A stretch of DNA of 64,000 nucleotides. Origin: Blasia pusilla. Taxonomy: Eukaryota. A model generated the notes under the pieces. That model saw only the letters and a list, made by a program, of their open reading frames with translations. It made no database searches and was not told the DNA's origin. The stretch spans positions 48,918,001-48,982,000 of the forward strand of contig CM114271.1 of the NCBI GenBank assembly GCA_050084515.1, in the 5' to 3' direction. How positions within the stretch are numbered: position 1 is the stretch's first letter; the number at the start of each line of letters is the position of its first letter. A program made the position numbers and the translations under genes. Of the stretch, positions 48,843 through 64,000 are shown one piece after another.

Positions 48843-51530
48843 GGATGAAGAGAGGAATGAGATTGTGAGGGTATACAGAAAATGAACAAGTTTTTTCTTA
48901 ACAAGCAAACTTGTTGCCAAAGTAATGGTAATCCATGATTGTGTATTGCTCGTCATGCTATATGAGGCTTAGGGTGAGATAGTATCGAGGCCTTACATGG
49001 ATCTTATACTTCCCTATTTTAACAGGTCATATGTGACTTACTCTTAGGAGTTGAACTACGGTTGTAGATCATCCTTCCCTTTATGAATAGTGACAACATT
49101 GGAGAGGTTGACCCTTTCATCCTTTGTATGAAGTCACTTGGGCCTATAGGATTCGAGGGTTAGTTCATGGTTGTTAGGAAGTTAGACCCTTGTATACTAA
49201 ATGTCATTGGTGACCTTCTAGAAGGAGGTTATCTATGTGTGCAAGTTACCTATGTAAGTGCCCAAGGGGGGGTATACCTCAGATGAAGCTCATTTAGAGC
49301 TCGTTTTCCTTGGATTATATCCATGTTGGGATCCAAGATACATTATAGGTTGCATGTATTCAACATGGATTCTCTTTTGAAGAGTGGGCTAGGATTGATT
49401 GGAGATCACACATATTGAGAGTTCATTGCAAACTATATCTTACAATTAATTCAATGCATATCATTGAATGGATGTTTGGATGAAGCATAGTTGATTGTAA
49501 ATTTCATCAACGTCACATTTTTATATTGGGGTTTTTCAATTGTTCATGTGTAGATATATTAGGATTCATAGGTAGATGGATCGTAGACTTATGTGCATGA
49601 AAGTATATTTATGTTGGGAGCGATGTCTATTCACATGACATACTCCTCTATCAAATCTCCGCGCTTGATACAATACATATGTACAAAAAACATTGCGAGC
49701 AATCGGGTAAGAGTAAGACATAGCATGGTTGAGGGCCACCGAAGCAATAAACATATGGAGAAGGACATTTTAGGAATGTGAGTTGCATAGGGGATCACTT
49801 AAGCAAATATCTTGTAGGAGAGGGAACTTTGTGGAACATAGACTCCATATTGGAATCCACTATTCACGGCAACTTATATTACCCATGGTTATCATAAAAT
49901 CTTGATAAATGATTTAACCTCCAAAATTTTTAATTGACCTACTGTTGGTCAATTGGGTGAGACAGGGAATGATCTAATTGGTTGCGATGGTGAAAAGAAA
50001 AGGTGTTCCCTAAATCAAAAGGGCACCCTCACATAATAGTAGAAATTAGTAATACATTCCGTAGCATCACTCATGTCAAATTGACGAACGAAATAGATAA
50101 ACTCACACATGAAGACGATACTATGACAATTTTGACCGAGACCATGCAAACAATTACCACTTCTAGAATGAGCTTTCGTACAATCTTCGCTATTGTTGCT
50201 GGATGTGATCCAACATGCTGCACCACTACTCAAAATATCCAACATTTTCAAGTCAAAATTTCATTTCTTCAGATCAATCTCTAAATTTTCATGGGTGGAA
50301 ATATTTCATCCCAAACAGCAAACTATGACTTCTCCCTACATTTATTCTTCACCCCTTTTCATTGTCGTGATTCCATCCTTCTGATTCACCGTGCAATAGG
50401 ATGGCTGACCATAAATTTTTACTGTGATCAGAATCAATTTCATGACATCAAGCAATTGAAATATTGGAGACTCTAAATGTTTTCTGATAAAGTTTAGATT
50501 TTGAAATCGGGTAGCACCATCCATCTTTATTTTCTTCTGGCGGGGTCGCACATATTTGCCCTCTATGTTCTAAGGGCACAAATTCTGCTGGAGTCCCACG
50601 TGTGAATAAATACGGACGCTTCTTCAATGCCACCATTGAATATAAAACTAACAGCTTAGATCCCTGACATCATGTACGCTCTGAATCTGCAATCCCCCGT
50701 ACGACCTCGACTTAGCTACATGAGAACACACCACAATCAGAATAGGGGGGATAAACAAAGGGGAGTCGATCTTGGATGGAACCGCCAACATGGACTATGA
50801 TGGTGCGGCAGGGCTGTGGCATCCACCAGCAGCGCACCAAAAGGGTAAACGTCTATTGGATCAAGAGTCTGGAGAACCCTCAAACTGTGTGACCGCATCT
50901 CGGGTCCAGGATCAAGCATGGAGAATACCGTCCCACCACACTGTAAACTACTGCAAATAGGCTCCATACCTACATACCTCCATACCTCCAGTTCCCTGGA
51001 AGTGAATGCTTCATCTTGTTCACATGCAGTGAAGCTAATTTTGCACATCCAAGAGGAGCTCGTTCCTCATTGCCCCACACCAACAAGTACTCACAATCCT
51101 TGCCCAACGGAGAGCATACTCGAGCAACAACTGAAAGCTAGTGGAACATTTCCGAGTGTTCATCCAACTGCACCAGTATCCAAATGAGAATTAAGACAAT
51201 TTTAATGACAGAGATCTAGACCACAAACTCCCTCGAAAGAGAATTCACTTTTCCCGCATCAAATTTTGGAAACTTGAATAAGGCTTTCAGATCTTCCCGC
51301 TCGCTCTCGTCGCCAACAATCGGCATCTAGTCTTGTGGCCCATATCATTTCGAAGCCCACTCTCAAGAAGCTCAGTCCCACAGGAAACTTGCTGCTGAAT
51401 TCAGTAGAGAGGAAGGACGGACCACAACTCTTCATTTCTAAGGTATTATCTGCTCTCAGAACGTTTTTGCGAGTTCAAGAATTATGAAATAGACATGTCG
51501 GCAAAAATGAGGGACATCATATTGGTGCAA

Positions 51531-54500
51531 TCACCCTTCGCACCATTCTCTAGCGTTCTGGAACATACGAAGCCAAGGGCTTGGACCACTTGGATCCAGA
51601 TCGGACCACTCTTTCGGATACCAGGGAAACTGCCACATGAGGAAACAGCGCTCAGGGTGCGGCATTATTGCCAAGTGTCGACCATCTGGCGAGCACAATG
51701 CAGCGATGCCCTGGGGAGAGCCATTGGGATTGAATGGATACTCCTCTGTTATCTCACCAGAATCATCACAGTACCTAATCGGGGCGAGAGAATTATTTTC
51801 AACCTGACGCAATATATCTGCATCAGGGAATAGAGCCCTCCCTTCACCATGAGCGACCCAAATTCCAACCTTCGTACCCTCCATTCCCTTCAGCATAAGA
51901 GCAGGAGACTCGGTGATCTGTACAGAAGAGAACCTGCACTCAAAGCGGCCCGATTCATTGTGAACGAACCTAGGTTGTGCGATGTCGCCACCTCTGCCAA
52001 GAGTTCCACCAACCTCCGCCCCAGGAACCCAGCCGAGCAAGGCCATCAACTGACAACCATTGCACACGCCGAGACTAAATGTGTCGGGTCGGTTGTAGAA
52101 CTCTTGGAACTGCAACCAACCAGTCCCAGTAACCAATGTTAGAACGCGAGGTGGGGTTCAGACTCGATAAGTAAGAGACAACTGTCCAAGAAATTGGCGG
52201 CCATCGGTACCTCACCTGCTGCAAAATTGACTCATTGAATCGTATCGTGCCTGCCCATCCTTTGGCTGAATCCAGCACATCCGCATAGCTGAAACCACCC
52301 ACGAACACAATACCTCTGTAATCATTTAGGGAAGCATTTCCACTTAAGAGATCCGACATTGCAATATCCCAAGGTTCAAAACCTGCTGCCACCACCATCG
52401 CTGACATTTCACGATCTCCATTGCTTCCTTCTTCCCTTATTATGGCCACCTTAGGCTTTGAAGCGCAGCTCATGTAGATCTCAGCAGTTTTAAATGGTGT
52501 AAATGACAGTTCCCACGCTGGAGTAGTCCTGTGCTTGAGCCCTCGCTGCTCTGCCTCCACACAAGCTTCTGTCCGCTGCAACTTCTCCAGCGTAAAGCTA
52601 GTTTCTTCCCACAAGTCACGAAGGTCTGAAGTTGGTTTGTTCAAGTGAACCGACCCATCAACTGAAACAACAATTCTAGGCTCACTTGTGACATGCCCAA
52701 TAACACTGCACGAAACACCAGCAGCTTGGAGCTCAGAAATGACTGCATCCTTGTCGCCACGATTCACCTGTGCACATCCACAATTACCCCCATATCAGAC
52801 CACATCCAAGTGCACATGAAACGCTCATCACAAAAATTTCTGTTACCGTCGTCTAACTAAACCCACCACAGAATCGCAGAAGGAGAACAAAGATTGAAGC
52901 AGTGGAAATGCACCACCAGAGAGCTTCCATCATTACTTCAGAGATTCGAAGCTGCTACAATCACATATATGCCAAGTACGCGAAAGAGAAACTGGAATCC
53001 AGTACTACCTCCAAAACAAGACCAAGCTCCTCTGCAAATAGAGTTGAAAATGGTGCTAGTTTTGAGTCATCATTGGGTGGCAACGGCAAATCAACCGAAA
53101 GACCACAGTTTCCAGCGAATGCCATTTCTAACAATGTAGTCACAATCCCACCATCGCTGATATCATGTCCAGACGCCACAGCTCTCTTGTCCACTAAACC
53201 CTGCACCGGTATCGAAATGCTAATCAGACAAAACGTTCAGGAGAATGTCTATCACCTAGAAAGTACAGCAAGTCCAGCTACTCATGACATCCTCCTTTTT
53301 GCGGCACTATTTTTGGCAAATTTCATTACGGAGTTGCAAGGGTAAAGACCTGAACGGCGTTGAAAACTTTTTTAAGATACGAAATGTCCTCAACATCGGG
53401 GCACGCATCACCAATCTGCAACCATGTGCGCAGAAACGTTTGTATCAAGAGAGCACTTACTGTCACAATTACAGATATAATGTTACCTCATAGGTTCGAC
53501 CACCGCACATCAAATGTCTCTGGTACTAAGCAGAAAACAACTACAGATCCAGCAAACAACAATCTTAGAAAATTCACAACTCTGAAAGAAAGTAAATGAA
53601 CCCAGCTGATAGACTGGCTCTTTTCTCCAGCGAAACTCCAGAGTTTCATCACTTAAATTCCTTTCCTTTTAGGTTTCCAAATGAACGTCGCTCATCTCAC
53701 AAAAGAATCTTTTGTGCCCCACTGTCAGACCCTCGTCCCATGCACAAGGCAAAAGAGTCGATAGTCGTGATGAGACACCAGGATGATCATACTCATTGAA
53801 AAATAAAAAAGCCACTGTTTGACATTCCTTGCTGATAACAATAATTATTTATGGTAACCAAACAATCAGATTTTTTTATGAGTAGCCGCTCATACAGTCT
53901 CCAGCACCGAACCTGATCATAAACTTGAGCTAAAGCTGAACCTCCAAGGCGGCGATTCCCATTTCCAAGGTCTATGTGCAGTAAGATTCCGTCGTCTTCG
54001 AGCTGAATGCATCCCCAAACGGAGTTAGATAGGAGAACCTTCACTTAAAGTTGGGCTGGCTGATGCTCATATCCAGAAATGAATTGGGTGATTCACCAAA
54101 GCCACCCTTTTGTTCTGCCCTACGTTCTTCAAGAGAATATACTAAGATTGCACAGGGTGTTGGAAGACAATCATAATCAGCACCTTCAAATCAGGAGTAA
54201 CAGTTTTCGTTATGTCAGGACAAGTAACGTATGCACTAATAACAAGATTTCCAGGTGCCTTCACGGTCTCCCCTCCTGCCTGCGCTGCCATTGAGAGGCT
54301 ATCCTTCCCACCATCAATCGCCACCCCAGCGTAATCATGGCATCACGCAGGGACTCTGCAGCATCGTACATTGCTGCTCCTTCACCCTCCATCTTTGCAG
54401 CATACATCCAGTTCCCACTAGCTTTTACATCCTTCAGGGAAGTTACCTAGATACCCACCGCCAGATAGTTTTCACAAGTTTCAGAACATTATGTACTTAA

Positions 54501-57500
54501 AGTCCGCAGAAACGAACTCTCACAGCGGACGGAATCTACTACTAACAAAAGAGAAAGCATTGAATTGTTTGTGTTTTCACTTAAGAGATTGGATTTACAA
54601 CCTACTAGTTCCCAAGTCACTTACACCTGCGACAGCTTAGACATCTACAAGTAAGCTAATTACATAGTCCACGTTGCCGGAAATGAGATGGGTGGAACTC
54701 CAAACCTTAGCCCAGACAAGATTCGTCAACGCCTCTCCAAGAGCCAGCCTCGCCATGGCTTTGGGGTCTAACAAACCCTACAGAAGATTCTATCCATGTT
54801 AGCACAGGAATTTGGGAATTGACTAAGTTGAAAATCTCTTCCCCTTCACAGCTGAAGAAGCACAGAACAGGACTTGCTTACTATCAATTCCTATAAAAAA
54901 CGGACGTCACAGGAGAAATTTTACCTTCAAAGGCTGTTCTCCAATCGCACAAGCACCTCCTGTGATACCTGTATAGGACTGCACAACCAAGCACAACCTC
55001 ATACATGATCGTACTGCATATCTGATTTGTATCAAGGTGAAAATGACACGGACAAGCACAGACAAGTGGAGGCACATTACAGACTAGTGATCAACTATCT
55101 AGTCTGCGAATGTCAATTCTCTAGCATGTGTAAAGCGATTACGATCAACCAGATAGAAACTCCTCACAGTCCAGCCTCTATAGACTACTTAGATACAAGC
55201 ATTGCAGGATCGTGAGAGATGACACTTAGTAGTTCGATAGTGCAACGACTTACTAGGGTTTGTCTATCATTACTTAGTCAGACATCCCTGCAATGCGCGA
55301 ATAGGTTGACAGCTTTACTTCTATAGAGTTCTTGCTTTATATTTTTGCTTCACAAGTTCTTTGTTGTCTGTTCCCCATGATCAGCATAATAAAAAAGAAG
55401 AAACAAGACCCACATAAAAGGAGATGGAAGAATCCATTAGAAGGACAAAAAAGGGAGACTTGAAGAGTCAAGAACACGAGGGCCACACACAGCCATACAT
55501 GATCAGCATAATATAAGATAAAGAACGGTTAACCCTCGTTCGGTAATGACCTGGCTGTAGACAGCGACATCTGAAAGGGGTAGCTGCAACGGCCCAACAG
55601 TCTGTTGCTGAGCCACCAGACCAGTGACACACCGATCCACCTGAACACAAAACAAAGACACAGGTAAATAGTTACGTTAAATCCAAGGAAAAAAAGTGGT
55701 CTGGAAATTCTAGAATGGAACATTCACGTCCGCACATCTAATAGGGATTTCATGTTCACAGAGCCCCTGGACTAGTTATTGTTCGCAAAATAGAAAAAAA
55801 TGAGTTTGGGCAAACGATCAAGTAATTAAAGAAAGCTTACAACGATTTCAATTTCGGTCAAGACTATGGCAAAGCTTTTACTAACAACCTTTCAACGTGA
55901 TGATAACAAGCTTCAAAGAGAAGTTTTGCAAACCCTTGGCAGACCAGTCTAAACAGGGAGGTTCACCTTGGATGTCAAGAACCTCTTTGAACATATAGAG
56001 GGTAGATGAAATACTCGATGTAATGCATCGAGGACGGTTGAACCAGGTGCAATATCCAAAGGCTCCAATTGAGGTGATTGTCTTGTAAAATGAAACTGTT
56101 TCCTGGGCATATCTCCAAGAACCTAAAAAAGTACATGCATTCCCACAAATCAATTTCAGGATACCCCACCATCAACAGAAAGTCAGATTTCCAGCATATA
56201 GCTTTGCAGTGTGGTAACATGTCTGCATTTCAGGTTAGTACAGTATTGGTACCATGTTGTACTAATTAGGACAGAACTTACCATAAATGCTACAAATATG
56301 TGTTATTGAAAGAGTACATTCTACATTCAGTGCCGTATAATTGGCTCTGCTTCTCTTAAACTTACTTTCTCAAGGTCAAGGTCAACTGCAGGCCTGGGCT
56401 CTGGAAGACCCAAAGTGATCGCCTCTTCGCGTGCCACACTATCAACAAGCACTATTCTTCCTTCACCGCTGCAAAAAGTATGCCAGAACACTTGGAAGAT
56501 TAGTATATCAAGAATTGCAAAACCTCATATCTAGATTTTGCGACCGCTTTTAGAAATCACTCCAAGTGGAAGAAAAGCATATTGGAGACAATCCTCACAG
56601 GATCAAAACAGACTTGTGAACAGCTCAACAGTGAGAGTTTAAGGTGCAGCTCACACTACCTGATAATCCCAATGACAGCCATTGATACACGCTCCCTCTC
56701 ACAAACTGACCGAAGCAAGACTTCGCTTTCAGGTCTGATTAACAATGCATCCTGGCACATAGAGATACTCAGTTGCCAGGCAACCCAAATAATTGGTAAT
56801 GTAACCGCCTATGTGATACTTCAAGGATAAGAAAAGGATGAAATTCTAGAAAGGCAGGGCAAGTTCATCCAGTCTCCAAAGGGTGGGAAACCCATGCGCA
56901 AGTGCAGTCTTACCTGCTCTTGGTACTCTGCTCCCCAAATCTCCAACACAGACATGGTCTTATCACCCACCACTATCGATCGTACATCAATCTCTGCACC
57001 CTGTGGCATGTCATACAAAGCTAACCACAATCAGAGATTGTAGAGTATTTCCAAAAAATACAAGTAGGATGTATGGTTCATTTTCCATGTAATTACCCGC
57101 TCAAATTACCTTTGGATAAATGATTTCCTTTACCACATTACAGTTTCCTCCAGCTCCTTGGTCGTGAATACTGACAATTGGGTTCTTGTCACCCAATTCC
57201 ACACATGTACGAACCACTCGATATAGCTTTTGTGACATCTCTGCGTCTCCTCGTTGCACAGCATTGAAGTCCAACTCAGCATCATTCTGTCCACTGACCT
57301 GCACGTTGGAAGTGGTAATTTTAAGCTAGCGAAAACACCCATGGCTTCAGAATGCTTGCAAGCCTACTGCTGTACTACATATCACAATCAAACCTTTAAG
57401 TTTCATAGATTTGCAAGATTTCAGGCCCTTCTGAATAAGTTCTTTAGTAATTCAGAAACAGGTAGTTTCAATTAGAAGAGTGGTTGTATAAACATACCAT

Positions 57501-60500
57501 ACTAGATGCTGCGCCACCTCCCATACCGATTCGATAGGCTGGTCCTCCAATCTGAAGTCAATTGGTTTGGACAGAGAGGGATGTTCAAGTAAGCATTGTG
57601 ACTGACTGAGTTCACTCCAACAGCAATACCCACCAAGAAAAAAAGCCCTGGACTACATGTAGTCCAAGTGAACCACTTCCATACTGATAAAGATACAAGC
57701 CAATAATAGCATCCAATAGAACCCAGAGCCAGTGGCTAAGAGGGTAGGACAAAAAGTACAAAAGTAGACAATTTACAATGAGATAAAAGAGATACAGCAC
57801 CTTCACTACTAGCATTCCAACTTCAGGGTCTTCTTTCACCAAGTGATGATGGTCAATCTGATCAAACAGAACCACTACAAGTACCTTCAGCTTGCAAAAT
57901 CTACAACATGGCCAATAGATCATTGAATACAATGACCTGTTGTCATATGATTAAAATACATGAAGTCCCAATTCCAGAAATGCTAGATCAAATGTATTGA
58001 TAATTTGGGATTCATTGAACCAAGGAATGTCTGTGTGAAAATTTAATAGCCAGCTGTGGAAGTGTTTTCTTCGAAGGTTAGTTCAGGGCCCAAAGTAAAA
58101 GCAGATTCTTATAAGACACCATACTTAAGTCATAGCTCCTCAAGATAAGGAACAACCAACCTGACCAATGCCTGCGCTGAACATTATTGGTTTAAGCCAC
58201 TCCCGACGTTCCCCACTTGGTAGACGCATCCCAAAAGTTCTTGTATACCCCTGCAATGTCATTCATTTCCATCACAACCTAATAAACTCACTAACATGGT
58301 CGGACAGATTCTAGAATCAACAACTAGTTTCAAGAAAAATCTAACTTGGATAATTTCACAGTGATCATCAAAGTCTCCATCCAAGATCCTTAGGAAAATT
58401 GAACCCCAAAATAAGCTTTCCCAGGCTTCCAATTCTTGAACACTGGCTACCCTTACTAGCTACACAGGTACGTCCATCCCTACCGCATATAAAATATGCC
58501 CACAGGTCATCATGTTTGGCTTTGAAAGGCTCTAATTTATTGATGTGGTACCAATTTGGGCTATCAGTGAGCTGCCTAAACCCTAAACTCTACACCCTAA
58601 CACACAAGGGAATGAGGGTAGATAGAGGTGCTTCCCTCACCTGAATGAGAGGCTCTCCAAACTTGTTACCATAGTCAGAGGCACCATCACTTGCATCAAG
58701 CAGTATCTGCATACAAGACATTTCAGATACATTTCTTTAGTCTCTTAAATATTGAAAACGAGATGCAATGAGAACGAGCTGCAAAGAGGGCTTAAATTGA
58801 ACTGAAGCCTGTACACCCTATCACAGAACCAAGAGCAATAAAGCCATTCAATATACCTGGAGAGGAGGGGCCAAATTTGATGGGTAGACAAAGCTGGTGT
58901 CTTCCCAAGGTGCATATCCATTATCCATCTAGAAAAAAGAAACAAAATTTTGGCCATTCAAGTAAATGACAGGAGTAAATATCAGGTAGGTGAAGACCAT
59001 AAGAAACACTCAAAAATTACGATGCGCAATATCACTTGGTAGGATATCAATCAGCTCTGAAGGTCGTTGTAAAGGGAAACACTAACCAGGGAACTTACAA
59101 CCTAATCATCTTAACATCTTTTCTAAATAACAAATACAATCATGTGACTTTCACACAAGTTCCATCCTTCAGGTAGCAACTAGGTTTCTCAAATGATAGG
59201 GTAACTGAAAAAACCTGGAGATTCCCCACACAGTAGCCTGCGGTTGAAGCCCCCACTAATGATCCAATACCTGTTGCATGTGTATCACGAATGCGGCCAC
59301 CTGCACCTGTCTCTGCACCTGGGAAAGGAGCAACCTGCAATTCCATCCTGATTATATCAAATACTGCATAACAATCCAAGGTCAATTCTACAAAAGTTTA
59401 GGGAATTAATAGTTTTTACAGGAGCAAAGTTTGATTTGAATTATCTTAACACAGACCACAATTTCTTAGAAATATTCCACCGATGAAAGCGTCACGTGGC
59501 CAACAAGACATGCAGCCATTTACCACTACACACGTCCATGACCACTTAGAGACAACTAGGCCCCATCCAAAGGAGGGGCACCAGACACAACCCAAGAGAT
59601 TCGTGTCCTACGTTCCCATAAGGAAACAGATAGTATCACTCACTGCACATGGGAAGTTGTGCGTCTCTGCAGTGAAGAGAATATCCAAGTCACGCTCCTC
59701 AGGTTGCAAAGCAGAGGGGGTCCCAGGCACTGATGGAAGTAGAACCTTTACTGGCAGACCCCGAATAGCACTGTCCACATTTAGGCAAAAGCAATCATTA
59801 GACGAAAAGAATTAACACACCTGATTCGAAAAAACCTTACAAACAAGATCCCAAGATATACCTGGAATTGTCATTAAATCCGATTACCGAATTATTTGGA
59901 TTCTTCCGCAACGTATCTTTAACAAGATCCATAAGAGTGGAGGGGGCAGGTTTGCCATCAAGTATAAGCTCTCCCTGCACATAACCATCATCCACTCCCA
60001 ATGGTTGAGGCCAAAAGTCAAGACTACAGGAAAATTGATTTTTGGATTATCTGATTGTTAGAACTTAAGCATGGCTTGTGGCAAAACCATATTTGATGGG
60101 AAAAGGAGGGGGGGGGCGGGATATGTTGTACCTTGAAGAACCAATGTCGACTGTGCTCACTGTTGGACTGAGCAATATCAAAAAGCTCAACATTTGTGGG
60201 ATTTCTTTCAATATCGCTTTTGAATAGATTTGTATAGTACTGCACTCAGGTCATCACGTTATGAAGAAGCAAAAGTCAGCTTTTATAGCACACCTTTATT
60301 TGCAGATACCATGGACAAATATGTTGCACATACTTGAAGTGAAAATTGCTTCATACACATGACTTACATCAAGGTCAAAATCATCGAAGGCGAGGCCCAT
60401 CCTGCCATTGATTTCCTCCAGAGCGGCCCTTCCTTTCTTCAACCCAGAAGTAAGACAGCCATGTCTGTATTTAGAAACTCCATACAAATTGTGTGGCTAT

Positions 60501-63500
60501 CCTCTAATGAAACATGTGCAGTCACTTACTATTGAATGAGTGGTTATTTGGTCATATCTAAACTCTAGGTCGTTGATTTCCAGATCACAAGGTGCCAACA
60601 TAGGAAACTCATGAGTTTCTTACCCACCTCAAGCACAGGTATCTCAATGACATGTTCTGGAACCACATCAGTTGCAAAGGACTTCAACTTAGCATAGTAA
60701 ACACATTCGGTCATCCTGTCATGCACCTGATAATGCACAAAGAAAAGAGGTAAAATGAAAGATTTTATCCCGCATTGAACTGGTACAGAGATGAGAGTTA
60801 GGGAGGAAACCATGAGATCCCAAAACTAGAAAAGAGCTCAAAAAAATGTTAGCCCAAGGCTCATGTCATCTATTTGCTTCAATACAGCAAGATAAGTAAG
60901 TGGCAGCTTACCAAGTCAGCGAACTTCTCCAATTGTTGTTCATCAAGAGGACCCACACCCTCTCGTACACACAATAAATATCTTCGTGATCTTTCAATTC
61001 GAGAGACTTCTGGTATATCACATGCAGTGCATACTGACACTGCATTTGCCGACCAGGCAGTTGTAAAAGAGAGTCGGGGTCCAACCTCAACCACAGACGA
61101 ATTAGCAGATCCTACAAACAAAACCACATGGACTTGAAGGTTAAACTAGACAGCACTGAACTACATTGCGATTCAACATAGAGCACTTGGTAGTATACAA
61201 AAAGGCTGAAGTGCAAAAATACTGATGATCTATTGTCAAGCTTCTCACAAAAAAGGACTGTTCTCAGCAAATCTTTCCCACATGTGGTGAATGATCAAGA
61301 TCTTATACCTCCGACACCATCCTTCCCTTCCAAAAAGCTCGAAGCTCCCAGCTGGTCTGGCTCATATGTTTCTCCTAACAACCATTTCAGTACGGCTAGC
61401 TTGGCGCCATCAATGGGACTTTGTAAAGCAATATTGTAGCACTGTGGACAGCAAAAGTTCCAAAGGAGAAAATCAACCAAGTTACATTGCAACCAACACC
61501 AATTGAAGCACAGATGTGGCAAAGGATATTCAAATCATGATCAACATAAACCACTCAAAGAAAATCAACCAAGTTACGTTGCAACCAATACAAATTGAAG
61601 CGCAGATGTGGCAAATGATATGCAAATGATGATCACCATCCACTCGCTGTCCTCGCCACCATCCTCCCAGGGCATTTCACAAGCTTTGACAGCAAGGATA
61701 AGTGCCTCCCCAATTGCACTGAAAACCAAGCTGGTAAGAACACAAAGACTGTTGTTGTGGTTCATTGAGACTTTCATACCTGTTCAGTTTTAATTGATGT
61801 GATATCCCTCGAAACCTTCTCCTGGACCTGCAAAAATCAACATTGCGACAGACCAAAATGAAAAAATTAAAACTGAAAAAGTATTTGATGCAGATAGGAT
61901 CATTGGGATGAAGTTTGGTTGAATATTGGCACATAGCTGATTACCAGCGACCTTCCTCTATTGACACCAGGGAAGCCACCACTGCTAGGTCTAATAAGAC
62001 AGGCAGGTCATTCTAGTGACTCACATCTAATGTGTTAGTGAACAGGTGTCACTTGTCAGTGACTCAGCACTCCTGGACGGGAATTGCATTTACTTTAGGT
62101 AGGACACTTTTCCTGTTTAGGAGGAGCACAGTACAGGGGCCCTAAGTATTTAAAGAGCTACTCTGATCAGCTCTTCGCTGCAGATCACATTCCTTACAGA
62201 TACGTGCTGTTCTATTGCCTTGCTTACTATTACTCTGCATTCGAAGGTCAGTCTAGAGTCATCTTTTGTCGCATTGGAAGAGTTTGAATGGTTGCTCTGA
62301 AGCTTTTCACCTAGGCTGGAAACAATTTGGTGGTTACAATAATCTCCTCATTATTCCGGACTCGAAAATCCACAAAAGCGCTCGTCCGCACTGCATTCTT
62401 TCAGTGGCGATGCCCTAACCAGCAAGAAGTATATTCCACGCGCAATGTGGAGGCTGTCGGGGTATAATTTTTGAAGTTAGTCAAACACCATTCCCCTGTT
62501 AGTATTGCTCATAGATTTTACCAACCTGTTTCAGAAGAGCTTGTGCCGCCACTGCAGAGAGAAAAGGATGCCGATAAAGATGTTGCACTTCAAACTCAAA
62601 TGAGCCAGGCTTATCGCCTGTTGCCTGTAAGAAAAACACATTCGGGACAGCCCAGTTTACAGGATTGATTCACTTCCTGGAGTAATTAGAAGCCAAACGT
62701 ACCAACACCCGCACCCGGAAAAAAAATATTAACACGCACTTGCAGTTAAGAAAAATGGTATGAACAGCTTACTTCCTTAGACTCCCATGATGCAAGCTCC
62801 GCATCTTGAGCTAATTTAGCGCAAGTTCTCGAAGTTTCCGCTGAACAAGTTTTCACGAGAAAGGCCTTTTCCTGCATCAAACTCCAAGTTGCAAATCAGA
62901 AAATGCAGAGAGTATCTTCTCGACTCGAAACAATTCCGCTAGGCGCTCACTTTCACGTTTCCCAACTACAGTCTCAACACCGGTTGCTGTTTGTGACTCG
63001 AAAACGGTAATACGTGCCGTTAACCATAACCTTTCCCGCCATGATTACGTTGGAATTCGAGGAGACACAATACACGCGAGAATCTCTTTGAGATGCAGTT
63101 GTGCTGTATTTTCAGACATAGCTGCACCTCTTAATCACTCTCCACGCAATCCACTACTTTGAAGGGACTAACCGCAAAGAAAGGGAGACCAAAGAGAGTC
63201 GAGTCAGTGAGATGAGGCGCGTGGTACAGATACAGATATTGCTCCTGATATTTGAAGGCAATACAAGGTATAGTTGCAAATTTCTGGCGCCACTGCCGAC
63301 CACTCTTCTCAGGAGATCAAGCAACCTTACAATTTCATCACAAACTTACTCTTCAGCTCGAATTGCATGCGTGATTTATACAGACAAATTTTTCACTACT
63401 TTGGGATCGCGACGAATTTGAACTCCACAAGTAAATCCTAAACCAACTCATTACCAGAGAACTCACAAATTTGGATTTGCCTTTCAGCTTTGCCTTCGCA

Positions 63501-63664
63501 AGAGCGCAAGCGGATGCCACAGCCTTTTCAGAGCACAATCCTACCGATCCAACTCTGATCGCATGACACGAAACTGGAGACGCCACAGGACAACAGTCGG
63601 CTCCTCCCCCCACTGCAGACACCCTCGCGGTGGGCAACAGCGCATTACCCCCCATGCCTACCAT
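51531..63664 (-). CDS. purL: Phosphoribosylformylglycinamidine synthase (large PurL/PFAS type), more than 25 exons; N-terminal transit-peptide exons tentative
   Basis: Exons encode VQHLYRHP, VEVGPRLSFTTAWS, AQSNSEHSRHWFF, FTAETHNFP, GAETGAGGRIRD, DYGNKFGEP, DFNAVQRGD, HDQGAGGN, WGAEYQEQ, IDGGKDSLSM and HDISDGG. The glutaminase domain has GGFSYADVL, LGVCNGCQ and MPHPER (Cys-His-Glu triad). The stop is at 51531; the start at 63664 is inferred. Confidence 0.96.
61467..61645. repeat. Two-copy ~92-bp tandem duplication in a purL intron
   Basis: AGAAAATCAACCAAGTTAC(A/G)TTGCAACCAA..AATTGAAGC(A/G)CAGATGTGGCAAA occurs at 61467 and 61559. Confidence 0.9.
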
Positions 63665-64000
63665 TCAAGATCACGAGCTCGCTCCTCAAGGATCTCCAAC
63701 CCACAAGCTCGGAATGAATTCTCCCCTTCCCTTCTTCTCGTGTCCTCTGTTCAAGGAGCTCCTCCGTAGCCTAGGGTTTAACGAGCTCCAGAGAGGGTTT
63801 AACCTCCGGATGGCGAATACTTCGTATGAGTGACTAAGTCCTGTTCAACGTGATCGCAGATGGGAGCGATTGTGGCGGTCGATGCTGTGTGCTCCCGGGA
63901 GATGCGATCCGATGTGCCAGCAGAATCCAGGGCTCCGATATTAGTAGGCAGGGCACTGTACGGTGCGGTACACTAGGTCCTATACTGTGTCGTATAGTGT

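Noticed and set aside
50737-51187. Short ORFs downstream of purL
   Set aside because: No recognisable domain; cannot be distinguished from 3' UTR or intergenic sequence.
1-64000. CHLG, argG, GDSL and purL as a metabolic gene cluster
   Set aside because: The pathways are unrelated and the genes are separated by TE blocks. There is no evidence of functional linkage.

Overview
Eukaryotic nuclear DNA from a land plant. It has GT-AG introns and plastid-targeted enzymes, and the gene and TE complement suggests a non-seed plant such as a bryophyte (inference). Genes: the 3' part of chlorophyll synthase (+, 1-2582), argininosuccinate synthase (-, 3953-7230), a GDSL esterase/lipase (-, 22110-24951), an intronless RNI-type LRR gene (+, 39936-41559) and a multi-exon FGAM synthase/PurL (-, 51531-~63664). 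Between them lie decayed and nested mobile elements. The largest is a composite region (~10-21 kb) with an intron-containing Sola-like DDD transposase, two motif-sharing repeat arrays flanking a 79-bp palindrome, and a telomere-like tract. Others are a Helitron RepHel remnant with non-autonomous Helitron ends, a CRE/SLACS-type RT-RLE retrotransposon inside a TSD-flanked hAT element, a Copia element carrying an inverted solo LTR of its own family, and CACTA and hAT fragments. Several single-base indels at short base runs in otherwise intact genes suggest consensus errors in the assembly. All family calls come from motif recognition by eye; no database search was run.
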